DNA of 64,000 bases. Source: Chrysemys picta bellii (Eukaryota). Where the stretch lies: NCBI RefSeq assembly GCF_011386835.1, contig NC_088806.1:2108001-2172000 (forward strand), written 5' to 3'. Positions 35,865 through 44,714 of this stretch are shown in pieces (position 1 is the stretch's first letter; each line of letters starts with the position of its first letter). The translations under genes were made by a program, and so were the position numbers. Below the pieces are notes generated by a model. It ran no database searches. It was given only the letters and a program-made list of their open reading frames with translations, and was not told the origin of the DNA.

Positions 35865-37198
35865 ATGGCCGCACCCAGCTCCGCCATCTTGCCCGCTCCC
35901 TGCCCTGAGCCGGGGGGCCCGTGGCCCTTTGCCCTCCTCTACTACCTGCGGCTGCAACGGGCCGCCGCCTGCGGGAGGCCGCCCGCCGCCACCGGGCGCC
36001 CGCCCCACCGCCGGGCCCGGGCCCGCTGGGGCCGCGCCGCTTCGCCCCTGCTCTGGCTGGCGGGGACCCCGGCGTCCGGGCCCCGGCCCCCGCCCGGCCG
36101 GGCCTCACCGCTCCTACCCAGCCGCCACCACGCCAAGCCACCCGCCCCGGCCCGGGAGCGGCGGCTGTGGAGCAAGGCCCGGAGCTCGGCCTTCTGGGGA
36201 CACGGTGCGGGCCAAGGCCTTCGGGCCCGGCGAGTGGGCCGAGAACTTCCGCCTGGGCCCGGCCACCTTCGACTACCTCTGCGGGCGCCTGCGAGGGGCC
36301 ATCCAGCGGCGGGACACCAACATGCGCCGGGCCATCCCCGCCGAGGTCCGCCTGGCCATGACCCTGTGGCGCCTGGGTGCATGCACCGAGTACCGGGCCG
36401 TGGAGCAGCAGTTCGGCGTCTCCCGCTCCACCGTCTGCAAGATCCTGCGCGACGTCTGTGAGGCCGTGGTGGCCATCCTCACCCCGGCTTACGTGGCCGC
36501 CCCCGCCGGGCCCCGGGCCGCTGGCTTCCCCGCCCCACCGCAGCTGGCCGGCGTGCTGGGGGCCCTGCACATCCCCATCCGGGCCCCCAACGAGAACGCC
36601 GCTGGGTACTTCAACCGCCGGGGCTGGCACTCGGTGGTGCTGCAGGCTGCCGTCGACGCCCGCGGCTGCTTCTGGGACGTCAACGTCGGCTGCCCGGGGA
36701 GGCAGACCGACGCCCCAAGTGCTCCGGGCCTCCGAGCTCTACCAGCGTGCCCAGCAGGGGGAGCTCTTCCCCGGGGCAGCCCGGGACGTGGGAGGCGTAC
36801 AGGTGCCCGTCTACCTTCTGGGTGGCCCGTCCTACCCACTCCTGCCCTGGCTGATGAGGCCTTACCGGGCCGGGGAGCTCACACCGGCCCAGAGGCGGTT
36901 TAACGAGTACGCCGCTGCCGCCCGCACCGTGGTGGGGGTGGCCTTCGGGCGCCTCAGGGGTCGCTGGCGCTGCCTGCAGAAACGCAACGATACGGACGTC
37001 TCTTTCCTGCCCACCCTGATCGCCGCCTGCTCCACCCTCCACAACGTCTGCGAGATGCACGGCGACGTCTTCCAGCCCCGCTGGATGGTGGAGGAAGAGG
37101 AGGAGGAGGAGGAGGAAGAGCCCTTCGAGGACGGGGAGGGAGAGGAGGGCGCCGCGGCTGAGATCCGTGAAGCGCTGGCTCTGACCTTGCGGGACTGA
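35865..37198 (+). CDS. Intronless PIF/Harbinger transposase-derived protein (HARBI1/ALP1-like, DDE_Tnp_4-type) with degenerate catalytic residues
   Basis: Three frames are joined by +1 homopolymer indels (36196-36199, 36713-36716): RERRLWSKARSSAFW / DTVRAKAFGPGEWAENFRLGPATFDYLC...VEQQFGVSRSTVCKILRDVCEAV...GVLGALHIPIRAP...YFNRRGWHSVVLQAAVDARGCFWDVNVGCPGRQTDA / QVLRASELY...LLGGPSYPLLPWLMRPY...FN...ARTVVGVAFGRLRGRWRCL...ACSTLHNVCE, ending in an acidic tail. Kozak AAGATGG; AATAAA at 37637-37642. Confidence 0.85.
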
Positions 37199-38454
37199 GG
37201 GATAGAACCCAGGAGTCCTGGCTCCCAGCCCCCTCCCTGCTCTAACCCACCAGACCCCACTCCCCTCCCAGAGCCGGGGAGAGAACCCAGGAGTCCTGGC
37301 TCCCAGCCCCCTCCCTGCTCTAACCCACCAGACCCCACTCCCCTCCCAGAGCCGGGGAGAGAACCCAGGTGTCCTGGCTTCCAGCCTTCCTGCTTAATCT
37401 GCTGAAGGTTCCCGGCCACAACCTGAAATTGCCTCTCCTGTGGGTGGGGGTAGGGAGGCAGGTGAAGTGAGGGTGCCAGGCAGGTGTGTGGGTAGGGGCT
37501 GGGTGTCAGAACTGGGGTGTGGGAGGGGACCTGGGACTTTGAAACCAGGCTCGGGAAGGGGCAGTTGAAGTAGGGGGTGGGCAGTGGGGGGGGGGGGTAT
37601 TGGGAGGAGCCGGACGCCTGGATTCTCTGTAGCCACAATAAACTAAAACTTCAACCCAAAGGAGCTGTGCTGTAACTGTCCGCCAACACCTGACCCTTTT
37701 CTCTGCCCCACTCCCACCCCATAGCTGCCTGGTCAGCCCTAGCCTGGCTCGTTCAGCAGCTCTGGCTGGCTGGCTGGCCTTCCAGATGGACAGATGGACA
37801 GCAAGGAGGACATGCAGGGAGGGGCTGTATCTGTCTGTCCAGCCAGTCTACCCATCCAGAGGTGGCCGCATCTCAGTGCTGGGCGCAGGGTCCCTGTGTA
37901 ACCAGCCTCCCCCCGCCCCAGAGGTGGCCCCATCTTTATAAATGCCGATGGAATAAAGGACTTGTGGAGGGGGGCGGGGCTTGCTGCAGGACTCTTGAAA
38001 AGGGGGCGTGGTTTAAAGGGCTCAGGGAGAATGGGATCCATGGGGGGTGGAGCTAAAGAGCAAACTCATACCGGAGGCGTGGATTAGTCATGGAAGTTAG
38101 AACAGGGTGTGGTTTGTGAGGCAAGGGGCGTGGCTTGATCATGGATCCTAGAAAGGGGCGTGGCCTGAGGGTGCTGCCCCTGTCCCTGCCCTGCAATGAC
38201 AGAAGCGGCCTCGTGACACCCGCACTTCCCCTTAGGAGTCGGGTGGGGCTGTTCCCGCACGCGGCTGAGTTAACGGGACCCTGCTGGGGCCGCCTGGGAG
38301 ACTGGGCACCCCATGGGGAGCTGCCCCCACACCCCAACACTCTCCCTGCAGCCCAGCATCCCTGGGGCCTGTGCGGGAGAGCACCCCCTGCTGAGCCCCA
38401 CTCCCACGAGCACCCCAGCCCTTGTCCTGGACTTATGTTTTCAACAGCCACCGC

Positions 38455-39325
38455 CCCGCCCCAGAGGTGGGCGCATCTCAGCGCCGGGCGAGGGGTCCCT
38501 GTGTAACCGGCCGCCCCACCCCAGAGGTGGGCGCATCTCAGCGCCGGGCGAGGGGTCCCCGTGTAACCAGCCGCCCCCCCCCCCAGAGGTGGGCGCATCT
38601 CAGCGCCGGGCGAGGGGTCCCCGTGTAACCAGCCACCCCCCCCCAGAGGTGGGCGCATCTCAGCACCGGGCAAGGGGTCCCCGTGTAACCAGCCGCCCCC
38701 CCCCCAGAGGTGGGCGCATCTCAGCGCCGGGCGAGGGGTCCCCGTGTAACCAGCCACCCCCCCCCCAGAGGTGGGCGCATCTCAACACCGGGCGAGGGGT
38801 CCCCGTGTAACCAGCCGCCCCCCCCAGAGGTGGGCGCATCTCAGCGCCGGGCGAGGGGTCCCCGTGTAACCGGCCGCCCCGCCCCAGAGGTGGGCGCATC
38901 TCAGCATCGGGCGAGGGGTCCCTGGATAACCAGCCGCCCCGCCCCAGAGGTGGGCGCATCTCAGCGCTGGCCAAGGGGTCCCCGTGTCACCAGCCGCCCC
39001 GCCCCAGAGGTGGGCGCATCTCAGCGCCGGGCGAGGGGTCCCCGTGTAACCGGCCGCCCCGCCCCAGAGGTGGGCGCATCTCAGCGCTGGCCAAGGGGTC
39101 CCCGTGTAACCAGCCGCCCCGCCCCAGAGGTGGGTGCATCTCAGTGCCGGGCGAGGGGTCCCTGTGTAACCAGCCACCCCCCCCCCCCAGAGGTGGGCGC
39201 ATCTCAGCGCCGGGCAAGGGGTCCCCATGTAACCGGCCGCCCCGCCCCAGAGGTGGGCGCATCTCAGCGCTGGCCAAGGGGTCCCCGTGTAACTGGCCGC
39301 GCCCCCCCAGAGGTGGGCGCATCTC
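38455..39325. repeat. Minisatellite family D (~61-bp unit), about 14 copies
   Basis: Unit CCCCAGAGGTGGGCGCATCTCAGCGCCGGGCGAGGGGTCCCCGTGTAACCAGCCGCCCCG. Related units at ~22690-22910, 26590-26680, 44890-45120, 51510-51600 and 52150-52245. Confidence 0.92.
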
Positions 39326-39807
39326 CTTAAGACCAGGAGATGTAATCCCCATTTATTGTTGAACAGAATTGTTATGGGGGGGGCTGTTTTTTGCGGGGGT
39401 GGGGGGGCGGTAATCTCATTGGGATGTTGCCAAGAGCCGGTGCACGGACAGTAACTGAGCCGTCCTCGTATTTACTAACAACCCCAAATTTATTTAATCA
39501 GTAAAATAAAATACATGGCTCTCTGACCCCGTTCCCTGACCCCCACCCCCGAGCCAGCCAGTGCCCGCCCTGGGGCCAGGTGGGAGCTGGTGCCCCCTAG
39601 ATGGGGACAGGCCCATGCCCCATTCCCCGCCCCCTGAGTCAGCCAGTCCCCGCCCTGGGGCCAGGTGGGAGCTGGTGTCCCCTAGAGGGGACAGGCCCCT
39701 GCCCCATTCGCTGCCCCCCTGAGCCAGCCAGTCCCTGCCCTGGGGCCGGGTGGGAGCCGACGCCCCTAGAGGGGACAGGCCTCATTCCCCCCCAGTGTCT
39801 CGGCCCC

Positions 39808-42800
39808 TCAGAGGGTCTGGTAGCCACCCCGAGCCCTGCGCCGGCCCACCAAGTAGGCGATGACGATGATCAGGATCAGGACCAGCAGAACCACCCCAAT
39901 GATGATGGGCACTAGCGCGCTGTGCTGCTCCTCTGGGCACAGCTCGGCTGCAAGAGAGGAGGGGCAGGGGGTGAGACCGGGGGGGCTATGCTGGGTGGTG
40001 GGGGGCAGGGGGAGATAAGAGGGCTATGGGGCAGGGCAGGGCTCAGATAGGGGGAATGGGGGGCAGGGGGAGAGAGCTTTATGGGGCAGCAGAGGGGATG
40101 TGGGTTGGGAGAGGGAGCTGAGTGTGGGGCTGTGAAGGGGCAGGAATGGGGGCCAGGAGGGAGGTTGTGGGAGGCAGATCTGGGGCCGAGGGGGGCTGGT
40201 ACCTTCCCCGAAGCCGCCCGCGGGCAGGGCGAAGGCCTGGATCCGCTCGTGCAGGGCGTCAAGGTGGAAGGCCGGGCCCAGCGCCACGCTGCGGTTCTGG
40301 CACTGGTACGAGTGCCCCATCCGGGCTTCGAACTCCCGCAGGTTGGCGTTCTGCACCGTAAATTGCCTCTCTGGGGGGGGTAAGGGGGGCAGAGATCAGA
40401 GCCAGCCCCCCAAATCACCCACCTCACCGACCACGAGCCTTCCCTGAAAGGCACCCCGAGCCCCCCGAAGTCACCCCAAACTCCCAGTCACCACAAACCC
40501 TCCAATCCCCCAAAGTCACCCCTGAGCCCCCAAAGTCACCCTGAACCCCTCAAAGTCCCCCTGACTCCTCAAAGTCAACTGAAACCCCCAGTCACCCCAA
40601 CCCCCGAGACCCCCCCAAAGTCACCCCAACTCCTCAAAATCACCCCAACCCCCCAAAGTCACCCCGAAGCCGTCCGATTCCCCAAATTCACCCCAACCCC
40701 CTGATCCCCCAAAGTCACCCCACTCCTCAAAGTCACCCTGACCTCTCCGTCACCCCAAACCCTCAAAGTCACCCCGAACGCCCAATAACCCTGACTCCCC
40801 TGAACTCCCAAAGTCACCTCCAACCCCCCAAAAGTCACCCTAACCCCTCAAAGTCACCCCAAATACCCAGTCACCCCAACTCCCCCAAATCCCCAGTTAC
40901 CCCCGACCCCCCGAGCCCCCAAAAGTCACCCCAACCCCTCAAAGTCACCCTGACGCCTCTGAAGTCAACCCTGAACTCCCAATGTCACCCCGAGACCCTG
41001 AACGTGCCCCATTGCCCTAAACCTTTCCCCCAACTCCTCCCAACCTTCCCCCGCACAGCCTGGACCCCCGTTCTCACGTCTGGCCCCAGGGAACTGGATG
41101 GTCAGGCTGACTCCGACCTCATGCAGGTAGACGGAGTTCTGGGTTTTATTCTGGGGAGACACAAGGGACAGGAGACGTTTGGACCCTCAACGTTGGCCCG
41201 GCACAGTGATGCAGCTGCCTCTGGGGTGCAGCACAGCAGCTGTTTATACAACCCCCGCCCCGCTCCCTGCCCCACCGCGCCCCCTAGCGCCACCCTGGGG
41301 CCAGTCCTGCCTGCCAGGGGAGAGCACCCCCACTGAGCCCCGTCCTCCCTCCCTGCCCCACAGCGCCCCCTAGTGCCGCCCTGGGGTCAGTCCTGCCTGC
41401 CAGGGGAGAGCGCCCCCTGCTGCCCCCGCCCCGCTCCCTGCCCCACAGCACCCCCTAGCGCCACCCTGGGGCCAGTCCTGCCTGCCAGGGGAGAGCGCCC
41501 CCACTGAGCCCCGTCCTCCCTCCCTGCCCCACAGCACCCCCTAGCGCCACCCTGGGGTCAGTCCTGCCTGCCAGGGGAGAGCGCCCCCTGCTGCCCCCAC
41601 CCCGCTCCCTGCCCCACAGCACCCCCTAGTGCCGCCCTGGGGCCAGTCCTGCCTGCCAGGGGAGAGCGCCCCCTGCTGAGCCCCGTCCTCCCTCCCTGCC
41701 CCACAGCGCCCCCGGTCGGTACCTTTACGAAGGTGAAGTTCAGGGAGCCCTGAGCGAAGGTGAGCTCCATGGTGGCTGACTCGTCGGAGCATTTTCCCGA
41801 CACCTTGGTGCGGTTCGGCTGAATGGCAAAAGCTCCCCAGAGCTGGAGGAGAGAAAGAAGTTGGGTGACCTGGTATCACCTTCATCCCCGAACCCCACGA
41901 GTCCTGGGGAGAGAACCCAGGAGTCCTGGCTCCCAGCCCCCCCTGCTCTAACCACCAGCCCCCACTCCCCTCCCAGAGCCGGGGAGAGAACCCAGGAGTC
42001 CTGGCTCCCAGCCCCCACTGCTCTAACCACTAGCCTCCCCTTCCCCATACCTGCGCTTTGGAGCCGTTCTCATATTGGACCCAGATCTGGAGGCCCGATT
42101 GCACCCGGAGGCAGACGTCCGACCCATTCCGCACCGAGTAGTTCCCGACCGCCACATCCGGGGGTCCCGGCGGGCCCGCCGTGGTGAGGTGGGGGGTCGT
42201 GTGCACGGTGGTGTGATTGGCTGGATGGGACGTGGTGTGATTGGCTGGGTGGGACGTGGTGTGATTGGCCGGGTGGGTCGTGGTGGGGGGCGTCGTGTGG
42301 TGGGTCGTGGTGTGATTGGCCGGGTGGGACGTGGTGGGGGGCGTCGTGTGGTGGGTCGTGGTGTGATTGGCCGGGTGGGTCGTGGTGTGATTGGTTGGGT
42401 GGGTCGTGGTGTGATTGGCTGGGTGGGTCGTGGTGGGGGGCTTCGTGCGGTGGGTCGTGGTGGTGGTGGCGGTGGTTTTGGTGAAAGACGGCACGAGGGT
42501 GGCCGATTTCTTATGGCGGGGGCAGCTGTCGCCGTCACACGGGGCCTCGAGCCCGGAGCCGGGCGTGGTGAGTTCCTGGGCCCCCTCGCCAGGCAGGGTG
42601 GAGATGCAGACTAGAGGGGTGAGGAAGATGGTGGGGAGGAACAATTAGACCTCCAAAGTAGATACAGGGCACGAATATGCCTCCCCTGGCTAGTTGTGTT
42701 ACTGTGGCCATCATTAGGGTCCAGAGTAAATTTCTCTCCTCCCACAGCCTCTGCCCTCTGACTGCCCCCTTGCCCATCATGCCCATCTCAGGCACAATCT

Positions 42801-44714
42801 TTTAACTCGCCTTCTTTAGGGAACCAAGTCATTTTGCCACCATTAGGGTCCAGAATTAACACCCCCGAAAAATCCAGGTTCGATCCTCCATATTCCAAAG
42901 GATGCAGGCCCCGCAATTACATTGTGCCCTCAAATCCTGCCCCCTAAGTGATCCTCTCTCAGCCGACACCAGCTGCTACATGAAATGTACCATCAGAGTT
43001 AACACCCCATTTAAGAATATAGGTCCTGTGAGATAGAAAGTAGGGGCAAAGCCCCTACCCCAGCTCCCCGCAAAATCCTTCCTGCCTTGTTGTCCAGCCA
43101 CCCACTCTGATGCTATGTTTCATGTAGCAGCAGAGTTGGTGGCTCGTTTCCAATTGTGCCCTCGGTAGGTTTCAGAGTTAACCCCGCTTAACATTCTCTT
43201 GGGGACCAAAAAAATGGACTTTGAGGACGACTCCACAGATTGCGATGGTCTGAAAACGTTGAAATAACCTTGTTGGCAGCCAGGATATTCACAAGACACG
43301 GTGGGTGGGGTTACATCTGTTAGCGGATGATGGATTTATGTGTGTTTTGAAATCAAGTAGGTTTTCTTGCTCATTTTTCACCCAACATTTCAGGGAAAAG
43401 GAACATTGTCCCTGTTTTTTGTGGGGGGCGGGGGGAACTGATGGGGAAACAGAAAAAATCCCATTTTTTTCCACCCCAGATTCAGGCTTTCGTGGCCAAG
43501 TCGGAGCACTATAAATCTTAAAATATTTCCGTTGTCAGAATTGCGTAACGTTAACCTTTGGTTCCATGCAAAAATAAATAAAAATCTCCTCTCTGCTGTG
43601 AAATTTTTGGAGGCTTTGTGCCACCCAGGCGAATCGTCCAAATTTCATTTTTTTTCTGTGCCAAATGTGGAAGGGGGCAATATTTGGTTCCCCACCAAGA
43701 TCTCAAGCAAACCCCGAATGCCCGGCCAGTTTTCTGCTGACTGCTGAAAACAATAACATGGAAATTCAATTTTGGGGGGCTGGGGCGGGGGAAGGGAGCT
43801 TAGCCGCCCCCCACCCACCCCAGTTTAGCCGCCTCCACCAACTTGTTCGGCTTCGGTGAGTGCCGACCCGGCAGGAAATGCCCCTTTTCCCACCCAAATC
43901 TTTGCGGAAAACCAACATTGTTTAAAAATGACCCCGGAGCAAAACAGATTTTATCGCACAGGTGAACAAAGTTAAATGGAAGTTGGTGGGGGCTGGTAGC
44001 CAGGACTCCTGGGTTCTCTCCCCGGCTCTGGGAGGGGAGTGGGGGCTGGTGGGTCAGAGCAGGGGGACTGGGAGCCAGGACTCCTGGGTTCTCTCCCTGG
44101 CTCTGGGAGGGGAGTGGGGGCTGGTGGGTTAGAGCAGGGGGGGGCTGGGAGCCAGGACTCCTGGGTTCTATCCCCGGCTCTGGGAAGGGAGTGGGGGCTG
44201 GTGGTTAGAGCAGGGGGGGCTGGGAGCCAGGACTCCTGGGCTCTATCCCTGGCTCTGGGAAGGGAGTGGGGTACGCTGGGTTAGAGCAGGGGTGCTGGGA
44301 GCCAGGACTCCTGGGTTCTCTCCCCGGCTCTGGGAGGGGAGTGGGGGCTGGGTGCCAGGACTCCTGGGTTCTCTCCCCGGCTCTGGGAGGGGAGTGGGGG
44401 CTGGGCGCCAGGACTCCTGGGTTCTCTTCCCGGCTCTGGGAGGGGAGTGGGGGCTGGGCGCCAGGACTCCTGGGTTCTCTCCCCGGCTCTGGGAGGGGAG
44501 TGGGGTACGGTGGGTTAGAGCAGGGGTGCTGGGAGCCAGGACTCCTGGGTTCTCTTCCCGGCTCTGGGAGGGGAGTGGGGGCTGGGCGCCAGGACTCCTG
44601 GGTTCTCTCCCCGGCTCTGGGAGGGGAGTGGGGTACGGTGGGTTAGAGAGATGCCACCTGTAGAAAAGAGCAGCACCCACCTGCCAGGCAGAGCAGCAGG
44701 GACAGGGTCCTCAT
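39808..44714 (-). CDS. CD68: CD68/macrosialin (signal peptide, mucin domain, LAMP domain, TM helix, GYxxPhi tail), six exons
   Basis: Exons: 44714-44681 (MRTLSLLLCLA), 42610-42051 (CPRHKKSATLVPSFT, Thr/His-rich mucin), 41842-41723 (WGAFAIQPNRTKVSGKC), 41150-41078, 40370-40203 (NANLREFEARMGHSYQCQN), 39947-39808 (LVPIIIGVVLLVLILIIVIAYLVGRRRARGGYQTL*). All phases are compatible; position between MPDU1 and EIF4A1 as in human. Confidence 0.92.
40445..40995. repeat. Degenerate ~20-bp tandem repeat (CCCCAAAGTCACCCC) in CD68 intron 4
   Basis: Directly visible repeated motif. Confidence 0.8.
41270..41715. repeat. Minisatellite family C (~88-bp unit) in CD68 intron 3
   Basis: Unit CCCACAGCGCCCCCTAGCGCCACCCTGGGGCCAGTCCTGCCTGCCAGGGGAGAGCGCCCCCTGCTG...; related copies at ~63470-63605. 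Confidence 0.85.

Noticed and set aside
25968-37198. SOX15, MPDU1 and the Harbinger-derived gene as pseudogenes
   Set aside because: All lesions are single-base changes in G/C runs clustered in one segment, and splice sites and protein similarity are intact. Assembly error is more parsimonious, pending read checks.
35865-37198. Active autonomous Harbinger transposon, or the true HARBI1 ortholog
   Set aside because: No TIRs, TSD or Myb-like partner ORF were seen and the catalytic residues are replaced. Synteny differs from known HARBI1, so no gene symbol is given.
38455-39325. CTCF motifs in minisatellite D (CCAGAGGTGGGCGC)
   Set aside because: Too many mismatches at core positions when aligned to the consensus.
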